From NCBI GenBank assembly GCA_050633305.1, contig JBOEGF010000011.1, forward strand, positions 63,312-127,311: 64,000 nucleotides of DNA, in the 5' to 3' direction. Source of the DNA: Nannocystales bacterium (lineage in GTDB: Bacteria > Myxococcota_A > Polyangia > Nannocystales > Nannocystaceae). The notes below the pieces were generated by a model. The model was given only the letters and a program-made list of their open reading frames with translations, was not told the DNA's origin and searched no databases. The translations under genes and the position numbers were made by a program. Of this stretch, positions 19,530 to 29,398 are shown one piece after another (position 1 is the first letter of the stretch; each line of letters starts with the position of its first letter).

Positions 19530-20735
19530 CTACGCGCCGCCAGAGCCGAGAATCTCCACGTTGTCGATGTACCAGCCCGCGCGCTCGTTGCCGCCGTCGC
19601 TGCCGATGACGAAGCGGATGTGGAGGTTGGGTCCGGCGTACTCGGTGACGTCGAAGATCGACTCGACCCACATGCCTTCGTTCTCGTTGTCGTTTCCGGA
19701 GAACGCGGGGTTGCCGTCGACCGGTGGGAACGATGCGTTGACGTTCGGGAGGTAGACCACGCCCCCCTCGAGCGGTTCGATCGTCACCCAGCCGTCGACC
19801 AGTTGGTCGGGATCACCCGTGGTCACCTGGACAATGCCACCATCGTTGTTGGAGATGCTGCCCTCGAACTGGAACCAGTGCCGGATGGTCATGGTGACGG
19901 TCTGGTCACCACAGTTGGACAGGTCGAGGTTGTCCGAGCGCACGTATCCGCTCTCGTTCGACGAGTAGTTTCCGTTGAGGTTCGTCCCCCACACGCCGGT
20001 CTTGGCCGAGCCGGGGCCGTCGGCGAACGCGCCCGGCGTGCCGCACTCCCACGACTGGACCTCTGCCGCACCTGTCGTGCGCAGGGTGTCCCAGCTGCAG
20101 CCATCCTCGCCTTCGAAGTCGAACTGGTACCCGCACTCGGTGCATGCGGTCGTGTCGACCTGGCAGGTGTCCATACAAGATAGCTTGCCGGCCGTACCTT
20201 TACCCAGCTTTGCGCACGTGGTCTCGATGGGCATATCGAGCTCGCAGACCTCGTTGCCGTTGAGCTCACCGTCGCCGCAGTAGACACACTGGCTGGTGTC
20301 GTAGCGACAGCTCGCCATGTTGCAGCCGAGCGGACCGCCGGTCAGGATACCGGGAACGAGTGGATCCTCGGTGCTCTCACACGAGATGCCGCCGAGTTCG
20401 GCCTCGGTGCACTCTCCATCGTCGCCGCAGTCGCAGTCCTCGTCGCCCTCGATCTCACCGTTGCCGCACTGGGCACCGTCGCTGAAGCCGCCCGAGGAGC
20501 TGTCGGATCCCGTGCTGGTGGACTCCGTTGCGTCGGTGGTGCTGGTGGTGGTGCTGGTGGTGCTGGACCCGCTCGCAGACGTGCTCGACGCTGTGGTGGG
20601 ACCATCAGCGGATTCTGTCGAGGTCGAGGAACTCCCCGCACCTGTGGTGAAGACCGTGGGGTCCTCGACGTCTGTGGTACACGCGCCCACCACAAAGGTC
20701 GCGCCCAAGAGGCATGCCAAGCCGCGAGAATCCAT
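19530..20735 (-). CDS. Lipoprotein: Thr/Ser linker, myxobacterial Cys-rich repeats and a C-terminal jelly-roll (immune-inhibitor-A/MAM-like) domain
   Basis: Lipobox VGAC; CGNGEIEGDEDCD, CGDGELNGNEVCE; WGTNLNGNY, IRFVIGSDG..GWYIDNV. Confidence 0.75.
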   Translation of the reverse strand: MDSRGLACLLGATFVVGACTTDVEDPTVFTTGAGSSSTSTESADGPTTASSTSASGSSTTSTTTSTTDATESTSTGSDSSSGGFSDGAQCGNGEIEGDEDCDCGDDGECTEAELGGISCESTEDPLVPGILTGGPLGCNMASCRYDTSQCVYCGDGELNGNEVCELDMPIETTCAKLGKGTAGKLSCMDTCQVDTTACTECGYQFDFEGEDGCSWDTLRTTGAAEVQSWECGTPGAFADGPGSAKTGVWGTNLNGNYSSNESGYVRSDNLDLSNCGDQTVTMTIRHWFQFEGSISNNDGGIVQVTTGDPDQLVDGWVTIEPLEGGVVYLPNVNASFPPVDGNPAFSGNDNENEGMWVESIFDVTEYAGPNLHIRFVIGSDGGNERAGWYIDNVEILGSGGA

Positions 20736-20851
20736 GGCTCGGTTATAGCGGATTTCCGACCCCGCGCCCCGCGGGGTCGGGAACGGTGCGTGCGGGAATT
20801 CACGGCGCATGGCCAGGTTAGCGCCCTTGTGTGTGGGGGTAGCATGGCGCG

Positions 20852-21070
20852 ATGCGAGCCGAGGATAGGCGGCGTCGGGGGTTGATCTGGGCCGCAGCCG
20901 CGGTGTTGGTCGGGGTCCACGTGTGGTCTCCCAGCCGAGGGGGAATCGTGGCTGGCGTGCTGCCGTGGGATCTCGCGTTCCACCTCGGCTGGATGCTTGC
21001 GGCGGGCTTGTTGGTGGAGGCGCTCACCCGGACTGCGTGGCGAGACGTGGACGGTGACCGGCGTGGGTGA
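20852..21070 (+). CDS. Small two-TM protein preceding a sodium:solute symporter (DUF3311/DUF485-like)
   Basis: 72 aa, two hydrophobic segments, overlaps the symporter start. Confidence 0.6.
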   Translation: MRAEDRRRRGLIWAAAAVLVGVHVWSPSRGGIVAGVLPWDLAFHLGWMLAAGLLVEALTRTAWRDVDGDRRG

Positions 21071-22508
21071 GGGCGCGGTGATCGCCACGGTGGTGGTGCT
21101 CTACTTTGCGGTCGTCGGGGGGATTGCGTATGCCGCCTCGAACCGCGGGTCCGCCGACGCGGAGGACTACTTCCTCGGGGGTCGGAGCGCCAAGACGCTC
21201 GTGTTGTTCATGGCGTTGCTCGGAACCAACGTCACGCCGTTCGTGCTGATGGGGATCCCGGGCCTCGCCTACCACCATGGTGTGGGCGTGTTCGGGCTCA
21301 ATGCTGCGATCGTAGCCCTTGGAATCCCCCTGACGTTTTGGGCGATCGGGTACCCGGCGTGGCGGGCCGCGAGAGCGCTCAAGGCGGTCACGCCCGCCGA
21401 ACTCTACGCGAGACGTCTTCGGAGTCCGGCGCTGGGGGTTGTCCTGTTCGTCGCGTTCGTTGTGTACACGTTGCCGTATCTGGTCGCGTCGGTCACCGGG
21501 GTCGGCGTCGCGGTGTCCGTACTCACCGGCAACGCGGTGACGCTGGAGGCCGCCGCGCTCGGACTGCTCGCGGTCACGCTGCTGTACACAGCGCTGGGTG
21601 GGATGCGAGCGACCATGTGGACGAACGTGTTTCAGGGGATTGTCTTCGTCGGTTTCGTGTTGGTGGCGTTCGTCGGCGTCGCACAGCACCTCGGCGGCTT
21701 CGAAGCCATCGCGTCTCGGGTTGCGACCGAGGCCCCGTCGTTGCTCAGCCGCGGCGACCGCCCACTGTTCGCGACCGGTGCGTGGGCGTCGTGGGGGATC
21801 GCGATCTCGCTGACCGTCATCGCCTTCCCCCATATGCTGGTTCGCATCTTCGCGGCCTCGGATGTCTCGGCGCTGCGCAACACGTGTCGCCTCTATCCCG
21901 CCGCGCTCGTGTTGTTGTGGTTGCCCGTCGTGCTCTTGGGGGTGTGGGGAGCGGTGGCGATCCCCGGGTTGCAGGGTCGGGAGTCGGACGGCATCTTCGT
22001 GCTGCTGGTCCAAGATGCGTTTGGGCCGTGGCTGGAGGGGCTGTGTCTCGCGGGCGTCCTCGCAGCTGTGATGTCGACGGTCGATGCCCAGTTCCTGACG
22101 TTGTCCTCGATGCTGGCCCGCGACGTGGTGCTGAGGCTGCGGCCGGGTCTCTCGGCGGCGTCCCAGGTTCGGGCGGGTCGGGCGTTCGTCGTTGCGGTCG
22201 CAGTGCTCACCGCGGCGTTGGTCATCAGCCGACCCGCGTCCATTTTCTCGATCGCGTCGCTGTCGTTCTCGGGATACGTGATGTTGGTTCCAACCCTGTA
22301 CTTGGGGCTGCGCGGCCGCTCCTTCACCGCCATCGGTGCCATCACCTCAATCCTGCTCGGCAACGCTGTTCTGTTGCTGGTTTGGGCTCAACCGGCGCCC
22401 TGGCTGGGGATCCTCCCGGTCGGTTGGGGGTTGGCGGCGGCGCTCTTCGGAGCATGGTTGGGGAGCCGGTGGGGGACGCCGTCGCCGGACGGTCCGGTCG
22501 AGGTCTGA
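21063..22508 (+). CDS. Sodium:solute symporter family transporter
   Basis: EDYFLGGRS, GGMRATMWTNVFQG, AAVMSTVDAQ; many TM helices. Confidence 0.92.
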   Translation: MGEGAVIATVVVLYFAVVGGIAYAASNRGSADAEDYFLGGRSAKTLVLFMALLGTNVTPFVLMGIPGLAYHHGVGVFGLNAAIVALGIPLTFWAIGYPAWRAARALKAVTPAELYARRLRSPALGVVLFVAFVVYTLPYLVASVTGVGVAVSVLTGNAVTLEAAALGLLAVTLLYTALGGMRATMWTNVFQGIVFVGFVLVAFVGVAQHLGGFEAIASRVATEAPSLLSRGDRPLFATGAWASWGIAISLTVIAFPHMLVRIFAASDVSALRNTCRLYPAALVLLWLPVVLLGVWGAVAIPGLQGRESDGIFVLLVQDAFGPWLEGLCLAGVLAAVMSTVDAQFLTLSSMLARDVVLRLRPGLSAASQVRAGRAFVVAVAVLTAALVISRPASIFSIASLSFSGYVMLVPTLYLGLRGRSFTAIGAITSILLGNAVLLLVWAQPAPWLGILPVGWGLAAALFGAWLGSRWGTPSPDGPVEV

Positions 22509-22547
22509 GTCTGGTGTCGTCTGCGGCCTGCTACGATTGCAGGGTCC

Positions 22548-23507
22548 ATGGCCAAGTCGCTCGAGTACAACGCCACCATCACGCAGCGCATCGACCTCGA
22601 GCCCACGCTCTCGGTGTTCCGCGTACGACCCGATGAGCCGTTTTCGAGCGATGGTGAGCCCTGGTTCGTGCCCGGGCAGTACCTTACCTTGGGCAAGAAC
22701 CGACCCGCGGGCGTCGAGGGCGACACCCGGCCAGCCTCCGTTCGCCGCCCGATGTCGATCGCCTCCGCCCCCCATGACACCGAAGATGCGGAGTTCTACA
22801 TCCGACGGGTCAGTACTCCCGAGTCTGATCTGCCGCTCACGCACGAGCTGTGGACGCTCGCCGAAGGAGAGCGAATGTTCTGTCGCCCCACGCCGGCGGG
22901 GAAGTTCACGCTCGAGGACACCTGCGGGGCCGACGATCCTCGGCTCAAGGTGACCGTGGCGGCGGGCACGGGGTTGGCTCCGTTTATCTCGATGGCGCGA
23001 GCCAAGGTCCGCCAGGACCCCAACGCCGACCTCAGCGACTTCGCGATGGTGCACGGTGCGAGTTACCCGACCGGGCTTGGCTACCGAGGCGAGATCGACG
23101 GGCTCGTTGCCAAGCACGGCCTTCGGTACATTCCGACTGTGTCCCGGCCCCAAGAGGCGCCCGACTGGACGGGCGCGACGGGGCGCGCCGAAGCGCAGTT
23201 TGTGGGGGACAAGATCGCGAAGACCGAGGAGTCGCTCGGATTGGAGCCGGGGGAGCTCACCCCGAAGCGAGCCGTTGTGCTGATCTGCGGACTGCAGGGG
23301 ACGATCGGCGTGACGCTGGAGGCGCTGATCGAGCGCGGCTTCGTTCCCGACCACCGGCGGCTGCGTCGGGCTCTTGAAGTGCCAGACGACGCACCGGCGT
23401 CGGTGTTTTGGGAGCAGTACGACTCCACGCCGGTCCTCGATACGAAGGACGAGGCACTGATGGAGCGGCTGCGCGCCGCTCTGCACGCCGCGTTGTCGTC
23501 GGGCTAG
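22548..23507 (+). CDS. Ferredoxin/flavodoxin-NADP+ reductase-like FAD oxidoreductase
   Basis: FVPGQY, RRPMSIAS, AGTGLAPFISM, LICG, WEQY. Confidence 0.85.
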   Translation: MAKSLEYNATITQRIDLEPTLSVFRVRPDEPFSSDGEPWFVPGQYLTLGKNRPAGVEGDTRPASVRRPMSIASAPHDTEDAEFYIRRVSTPESDLPLTHELWTLAEGERMFCRPTPAGKFTLEDTCGADDPRLKVTVAAGTGLAPFISMARAKVRQDPNADLSDFAMVHGASYPTGLGYRGEIDGLVAKHGLRYIPTVSRPQEAPDWTGATGRAEAQFVGDKIAKTEESLGLEPGELTPKRAVVLICGLQGTIGVTLEALIERGFVPDHRRLRRALEVPDDAPASVFWEQYDSTPVLDTKDEALMERLRAALHAALSSG

Positions 23508-23538
23508 CCGCAGAGCGCTTTCTCCGACGAAGGCCGGG

Positions 23539-25644
23539 CTAGCCTCGGCTTCGTTCGTCGCCGAGCACGCCCTCGAGTGCATCATCAAAGTTGTCGGGGG
23601 CGGCCGGTGCTTCGTCGACTTCGACGGAGTCTTCGACCTCGACGGTGTCCTCGACTTCAACGGTGTCTTCGACCTCGACGGTGTTTTCGGCTGCGGGTGG
23701 GTCTTCGCTTTCAACGACGGCCTCGACCGCCGCGTCTGGCTGCGGGTTGGCGGTGCTTTCGCCGGTCCAACCCATCAGACGGGGTAGGGCGCCGACCGGC
23801 GGGGCACCGTGAGCGAGGGCCTCTGCGTGGAACTGTGACGCCGAGAAACTCCCCCGCGCTTCTGCATCCGCGCGCAGCTTCTTCCACGCGGTCGCGCCCG
23901 CGAAGTAGGTTGAGAGTTGGGTCGAGGTGAGTTGCACCCGGGTCCACTTTCCGATCGCTTCGCCCTCTTGTTGGAACGAGCGGCGGATCATCAGGTCGAG
24001 CGCGTCTTCTCGGGTCATCGCGCCGGCGTGCACGCCATGATCGAGGATCGCGTTGGTGACCGTGCGCAGGTAGAATTTTTGCGCGTGCAGTGCGATGGCC
24101 TTGGCGCGTAGGTCCGGGGTTACAAGCACGGTCCACAACCCCTTGGAGATCGCGGCGGGGCGATCAGCTTCGGGGGAAGGACCGATTCCATCGTAGCCCG
24201 CGTCCACCATGACTTGCTCGGTGTAGACGGCCCAGCCTTCGACGAACGCGCCGTTTTGCAGGATGCGGCGGGTCTTCGAGGGCTCGCGCTTCCCGTAGTA
24301 GAGCTGCACGAAGTGGCCCGGAATCGCCTCGTGAATCGAGAGGACTTCGAGCATGAAGTTGTTGTACTCGCGCAAGAACGACTCGGTGACCGCGGGCTCC
24401 CAGGTCTTGGGCAGCGGCTGCACCAGGTAGAAGCTGGGCAGCCCGCTCTGCTGTGGTTCGAGGGCTCCGGGAGCGGCCAATCCCGCGATGAAGACGCCTT
24501 GTTGGTGCGGCGGTGTCCAGATCACCTCCAGGACTTCGGTCGAGTCGAGGGGAACGATGTCATTGCTGGAGACGAATCCGCTGAGTCGCTCGAGGTTGGC
24601 CTCGGCGGCGTCGCGGAGTGAGGTCGGCTGGACGTGCCACTGCGACAGCGCTTCGAGCACAGCCCGAGTCAGCGCGGCATCTGGATCCCCGGTCGCGCGC
24701 CGCACGATCCGTCGCACGGTCCGTCGTCCGAGCAGAGGCTCGGCGAGTTCGTTGGCGAGTGCGGACATCCGCTTGCGTACGCGTCCGTGTTCGATGACCG
24801 CATCTCGGCGAAGGGTTCCCGCGTCCACATCGGTGTCGAGGGTGAGCTTGAGCTTGCGGTCGAAGTTCTCAGGCCCCAGGCGCCACGAGCCTGCGGCCGT
24901 GGGGAGGACGGCGGTGCGTAGATGCTGTTGGAGGTCGCGGAGCGCCATCACAGCGGGGGCCGAAGCTGCGCCGACCTGTTGGCGTGCCGCCTCGGGTGCC
25001 TGCGCGAGTCGTTCGAGCGCGGTCGCTCGGACCAGCTGGACCAGCCCATCGATCTGATCGATCGCGACCTGCGTTTGCGGGAGCATGCAGGCCGCGGCGT
25101 CGAGGTTGAGTTTCGCCTGTTCGACGAAGCCCGGAAGCGCGGCGAGGCGAGCGGCCACCGATGCGGCGCGTTGATCGACGGGGGCAAAGTCGCGGGAGAT
25201 GAGGTCGTCGATGCCTGCGCCGATCAGAGAGACGTACCAGTACGGGTTGGTGCGCCACGGCTGCTCGACCTCCATGACGAAGCTCTCGAGTTCGAGTGCG
25301 TTCGCGAGAATTTCGGCGTCGACCTCTTCGTCGACGTTCGCCAACACCACCGTGCCCAGAGCTGAACGCGCGGTTTCGATGCGTGTGCGTTCAGCTTCGA
25401 GCCCCGCTTCGGAGAGGTCGGGCCACTGACCATCGAAGTCGTGCACACCCATCGCAGAGGCCGCGACAGGGTGCGCCGCGAAGTACGCCGCGAAGATGGG
25501 GTCCGTCGTTTCCGCGAACGTGGGCGGCTTGGGCTTGGGCTTCGCTGCGGGCGGAGGGGGCGGCGGAGGGGGTTTGCAGCCCACCAGGGGGACGGCCAGG
25601 CCGAGGGCGAGAAGCAGCCGGGGGAGTCGCAGTCGCATGTTCAT
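23539..25644 (-). CDS. DUF885-family lipoprotein (putative metallopeptidase)
   Basis: Lipobox LVGC; IHEAIPGHFVQ, FVEGWAVY, QLSTYFAG; acidic VEVEDT repeats at the C-terminus. Confidence 0.88.
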   Translation of the reverse strand: MNMRLRLPRLLLALGLAVPLVGCKPPPPPPPPAAKPKPKPPTFAETTDPIFAAYFAAHPVAASAMGVHDFDGQWPDLSEAGLEAERTRIETARSALGTVVLANVDEEVDAEILANALELESFVMEVEQPWRTNPYWYVSLIGAGIDDLISRDFAPVDQRAASVAARLAALPGFVEQAKLNLDAAACMLPQTQVAIDQIDGLVQLVRATALERLAQAPEAARQQVGAASAPAVMALRDLQQHLRTAVLPTAAGSWRLGPENFDRKLKLTLDTDVDAGTLRRDAVIEHGRVRKRMSALANELAEPLLGRRTVRRIVRRATGDPDAALTRAVLEALSQWHVQPTSLRDAAEANLERLSGFVSSNDIVPLDSTEVLEVIWTPPHQQGVFIAGLAAPGALEPQQSGLPSFYLVQPLPKTWEPAVTESFLREYNNFMLEVLSIHEAIPGHFVQLYYGKREPSKTRRILQNGAFVEGWAVYTEQVMVDAGYDGIGPSPEADRPAAISKGLWTVLVTPDLRAKAIALHAQKFYLRTVTNAILDHGVHAGAMTREDALDLMIRRSFQQEGEAIGKWTRVQLTSTQLSTYFAGATAWKKLRADAEARGSFSASQFHAEALAHGAPPVGALPRLMGWTGESTANPQPDAAVEAVVESEDPPAAENTVEVEDTVEVEDTVEVEDSVEVDEAPAAPDNFDDALEGVLGDERSRG

Positions 25645-25791
25645 GGCAAGCGCGCTCGCGTCCGTGATGGGCAAAAAAATGCTCGATCACGAGTGCGGCG
25701 GGCCGTGTTTTAGCATGCGACCGAAGCGCAGGGGGCCCCGGCTTGGCCGGGTTTTCGGTCCTACGGGCCGAACGAACTACCCTCAAGCTGA

Positions 25792-27135
25792 GTGCCGAAA
25801 CCGCCCGACCGCATCCACATCGACGCCGAAGGCTCGATGAGCACCGACGACGACGTTCGCCGGCGGCTGCGCGACCTCGCGGGCTCGTACCGCCTGTTCG
25901 CCGATGCCCCCGGGTTGGTTGTGCTCCGGCGCCAGTTGCCTGGGGAGGACGTCGCGGCGAGTGGCGAGGACGACGCGGCGCAAGACGAGGACGACTTCGA
26001 TCTCGACCTCGAAATCGGGCTGGAGCTCGAAGGCGGCCAACTCGATGCGGGGGCTCGGGTGGTTCTCGCGGGCGAGATCATCACCCGGATGACCTTGTTC
26101 CAGATCATCGAGATCATCGCGGAACGAGGATTCCATGGGGACCTGGTGGTGCTCTCCGCGGGAGGCCAAACGCTGCAGCTGCGCTTGTCGCACGGTGCTC
26201 TGGAGGATGCTCGGTCGGACCATGACGAGGACCGGCTTGGACAGGTTCTCGTCCGGGCCGGATACCTCTCCGATGCCCAGCTCACCGAGCTGCTGTGGGA
26301 GGTCACCGAGCAGCGCCGACTCGGCGATGTCTGCCTCGAGCGAGGGCTGCTGGACCGCGAAGCGTTGTTCGAGTGTCTGCGGCAGCAAACCGAAGGAATC
26401 TTCTATCGAGCGTTGCTCGTTGAGCACGGAAGCTTCGTGTTCACCACGCCCGACCCGGCGGCGCCATCGGCTGCGCTGAGCCTTCACCTTCCGGTACGCC
26501 CGCTGTTGATGCATGGCATCCAGCGGCTCGACGAGATGGAGCTGTACCGCGACGTCATCCCCAGTGGTGACGTCATGCTTCAACCGCGCGCGGGCGCGGA
26601 TTTGTCATCGTTGGACACCGACGCGAAACGGGTCTTCGCGATGCTCGATGGCGAGACGCCCCTGGATGCGATCGCGACGGCGGCCGACCTCGGCGAGTAT
26701 GAGGTGACCCGGATCGCATACAACCTCGTGAAGTCCCGCCGCGCCACGGTGGGAAGTCGAACGGGGGTGGACGAGGATGTCCTCGACGCGCTCGTCGATG
26801 CATTCGCGGCGATCCTCGAAGACATCTTCACGACGATCGGCCGCCATGGCGATCAGGACGCCGCGCTGGCGATGCTCGGTGCCTGGGTCCAAGGCTGCGG
26901 CTACGATTCGGTCTTCGGTGAGACCGTGGTGTCCAGCGGCTTGATCGACAAGGAACATGTCCGGGGGTGGGTTGCCTCGGCTCGCGAAGGAAACCCGCTG
27001 GCTTCGTTCCACCAGGTCGCGCACGAGCTGGTCTCGTTCGCCATGTTCTGCGCAGGGACGGCGTTACCGCGGGAGCAAGAGTTGGCGCTCTCTCGCGACG
27101 TGAACCAGCGCCTCACGTCCATCCCGTCCCCGTAG
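25792..27135 (+). CDS. DUF4388 (PatA-N-like) domain protein
   Basis: VLAGEI...LFQIIEII, RLGQVLVRAG, RLGDVCLERG, GIQRLDEM. Confidence 0.8.
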   Translation: MPKPPDRIHIDAEGSMSTDDDVRRRLRDLAGSYRLFADAPGLVVLRRQLPGEDVAASGEDDAAQDEDDFDLDLEIGLELEGGQLDAGARVVLAGEIITRMTLFQIIEIIAERGFHGDLVVLSAGGQTLQLRLSHGALEDARSDHDEDRLGQVLVRAGYLSDAQLTELLWEVTEQRRLGDVCLERGLLDREALFECLRQQTEGIFYRALLVEHGSFVFTTPDPAAPSAALSLHLPVRPLLMHGIQRLDEMELYRDVIPSGDVMLQPRAGADLSSLDTDAKRVFAMLDGETPLDAIATAADLGEYEVTRIAYNLVKSRRATVGSRTGVDEDVLDALVDAFAAILEDIFTTIGRHGDQDAALAMLGAWVQGCGYDSVFGETVVSSGLIDKEHVRGWVASAREGNPLASFHQVAHELVSFAMFCAGTALPREQELALSRDVNQRLTSIPSP

Positions 27136-27158
27136 CGAGCGCCTTGCGGTCGGTTCCG

Positions 27159-27707
27159 CTACAGGCGGTTGTCGAGCGGGACGCCGAAGACGTAGTCGGA
27201 GACCGCGGCGGAGCCTGCACCGTGGCAGTCTTTGCAGAATCCGACGGGACCGGAGTCGCCAACCGCACCCTCTTCGTCGACACGGAGCCAGTACCAGTCG
27301 TTGCCGCTGGGGTCGTATCCCTCGGGGCCCTTGTACATCGCGAAGAATCCGGCGGACTCCCCATTGGCGTCGAGGTTTTCCTTCACGATCAGCGCGCCTT
27401 CGGGGAAGGTGACTTCGCTCGGATCGTCGGGATCGATGGTCAGGTACAGGTCGAGGACGTCGTCGGCGACGTAGAACGTCACGGTGTCGGCGAGTCCGTG
27501 CTGGGACCCGAGGGGAACGTCGCTGACCTGCGTGAGGCTGGCGAAGTCGGCGGCCATGGCCTGCACTGCGGCTTCGTCGATCTCGGCAGGGCCGTCGGTC
27601 TCCGTGCCCGACTCGGGGCCGTCTTCCATGCCGTCGTCACACGCGGGGCAGACCAGGCTGAGCAGGAGGCAGCAAGAAGCAAACGTTGGGCGTCGGAGGT
27701 TGAGCAT
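27159..27707 (-). CDS. Cytochrome P460-family c-type heme lipoprotein
   Basis: Lipobox CPAC; FPEGALIVKE, AMYK, GNDWYW and C-terminal CKDCH, the P460/cyt c'-beta arrangement. Confidence 0.8.
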   Translation of the reverse strand: MLNLRRPTFASCCLLLSLVCPACDDGMEDGPESGTETDGPAEIDEAAVQAMAADFASLTQVSDVPLGSQHGLADTVTFYVADDVLDLYLTIDPDDPSEVTFPEGALIVKENLDANGESAGFFAMYKGPEGYDPSGNDWYWLRVDEEGAVGDSGPVGFCKDCHGAGSAAVSDYVFGVPLDNRL

Positions 27708-27710
27708 GGC

Positions 27711-28445
27711 TTATCGGGAGTCTCGAGGGGATGTGGTGCTCGACGGTGTGAACACGCCGTACTCGACCAGCGACCGATCGGCAGCCTCGATGTCGTCCTG
27801 CGTGAGCGCCCCGAACATGGGGGGGAGCTCGCAGATGCCCTGTCGGCGGGCAAGTGCGGCGAGACCCACTGCGGTGGGAAGAAAGTGATGCAGTGAGGCA
27901 TCGCGCGCGTGACGGTAGACGAACACCACTTGGGGGTGCGCTTCGGGGAGGGGTGCCGCTGGGTCTTCGGTGAGTGCACCGAAGTAGTCGGAGACGGGGT
28001 GGGTGTACTGCCGCACGAAGACTCTCCCCTCGTATGCGTCCGGCTCAGATTCGTTACCCGAAAAAGCGCGCTGCCGGATGTAGCAGAGGTCGGCGAGCTC
28101 TTCGAAGACCGGGTGGAGTGCATCTCCCGACTCGCGGAGTCCCCGAAGGTAGTCGCTGAAGTTCGCGCCGAACCGGTTGGGGTCCCAGTGATCGGCGGGG
28201 TGGGCGTCGCGATACGCCCGGACGAGCTCGGGCCAGCGCCCAGGGAACTCCCGAATAAACAGCGCGCGTACGACCGGGAACACGTCCGCGAGGATGTTGA
28301 AGTGATTGCGTTCGACCAGCGTGCTGTAGAACCCAAGGTTCTCCGCGCCGCTGGGGGAGGGACCGAGCGTGTCGATCACCGCCTGTGCGGGCGTACGCCC
28401 CTCGAGCATCGGGGCGATCGTCTCGAAGAATCGATCGAGGCTCAT
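27711..28445 (-). CDS. DUF2063-type MNIO partner protein (HvfC/BufC-like, putative RiPP recognition)
   Basis: LGFYSTLV..N...LADVFPVVRAL...W.ELVRAY..AHP...WD.N.FG..F.DYL; ATGA overlap with the DUF692 gene. Confidence 0.82.
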   Translation of the reverse strand: MSLDRFFETIAPMLEGRTPAQAVIDTLGPSPSGAENLGFYSTLVERNHFNILADVFPVVRALFIREFPGRWPELVRAYRDAHPADHWDPNRFGANFSDYLRGLRESGDALHPVFEELADLCYIRQRAFSGNESEPDAYEGRVFVRQYTHPVSDYFGALTEDPAAPLPEAHPQVVFVYRHARDASLHHFLPTAVGLAALARRQGICELPPMFGALTQDDIEAADRSLVEYGVFTPSSTTSPRDSR

Positions 28446-29305
28446 GCTGCATCGCTCCCGGTCGAGGCATCGGCACCGAGGACCTCGACGTAGACTTCGC
28501 GGACCGCATCGGCTTCGTCCAGGACGCGGTCGAGTTCGGGGATCTCGGTGTCCCACTCGAGCAGGACGGGAACGGGGCCGGTGGAGCGGAGCGCCTCTCG
28601 GAGGACTGAGAACACACCGGGGACCACCGGGTGCCCGTGGTTGTCGATGAGTCGGCCTTCCTCCTCAACGTGTCCCGCAACGTGCATCTGCAAGGTGCGG
28701 TGCAGCGGAAGGGCTCGGAGCCACTCCTGCGGGTCTCCGCCGTGGTTGGTCGCGTTGACGAAGACGTTGTTGACGTCGAGCAGGAGCCCGCAGTCGGCCT
28801 CCTGGGTCACTGCGGTGACGAACTCGCCGTGGGTCATCTCGCTCCCGGGCATCACTGCGTAGAAGCTGATGTTCTCGACACCGACCGGTCGCTCGAGACG
28901 GTCGGAAAGCTCGCGGATCCGCTTGGCGCAGTGTCGGACGGCTTCGTCCGTGAACGGCAGCGGGAGCAGGTCGTGATAGGCGACGCCGTTGATCGCGGCG
29001 TAACAAAGGTGGTCGGTGTAGTAGGGCGCGTCGAGCTCATCGAGGAGCTGTTTGAGGCCGGCAACGTACTCGCTGTTGAAGGGGGCACGGCCACCGAGCG
29101 ACATCGATACGCCGTGGGCGATGATGGGCCACCGCTGTGCGCATTGGCGAAGGACTCGCCCCGCGGGGCCGTCGTTGCCGACGAAATTCTCGGGGACGAT
29201 CTCCAGCCAGTCGATGCGGCGGTCCGTCTCGAAGATGCTCTTGTAGTGCGGCGGGCGCAGTCCGATTCCGACGCCACGTGGTTTTGAAGGAGCCCGGTTG
29301 TTCAT
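28442..29305 (-). CDS. DUF692 multinuclear non-heme iron oxidative enzyme (MNIO; MbnB/TglH/ChrH/HvfB/BufB family)
   Basis: GIGLR, WLEIVPENF, HGVSMSLG, TDHLCY, DLLPLP, VENIS, LLLDVNNVFVNATNHG, MHVAGH, IDNHG, LLEWD. Confidence 0.95.
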   Translation of the reverse strand: MNNRAPSKPRGVGIGLRPPHYKSIFETDRRIDWLEIVPENFVGNDGPAGRVLRQCAQRWPIIAHGVSMSLGGRAPFNSEYVAGLKQLLDELDAPYYTDHLCYAAINGVAYHDLLPLPFTDEAVRHCAKRIRELSDRLERPVGVENISFYAVMPGSEMTHGEFVTAVTQEADCGLLLDVNNVFVNATNHGGDPQEWLRALPLHRTLQMHVAGHVEEEGRLIDNHGHPVVPGVFSVLREALRSTGPVPVLLEWDTEIPELDRVLDEADAVREVYVEVLGADASTGSDAA

Positions 29306-29329
29306 GGGAAGGGGTGCGCGACAACGAGG

Positions 29330-29360
29330 AAAGCCCGGGCCCGCATACGCAGGTCCGGGC
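29330..29360 (-). terminator. Hairpin (weak terminator or RNA stabiliser) between precursor and MNIO genes
   Basis: Minus-strand GCCCGGACCTGC-GTAT-GCGGGCCCGGGC-TTTCC. Confidence 0.65.
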
Positions 29361-29398
29361 CAGGATTCCGTCCGCGACCGAAGTCGCGAGGTTCGAAA

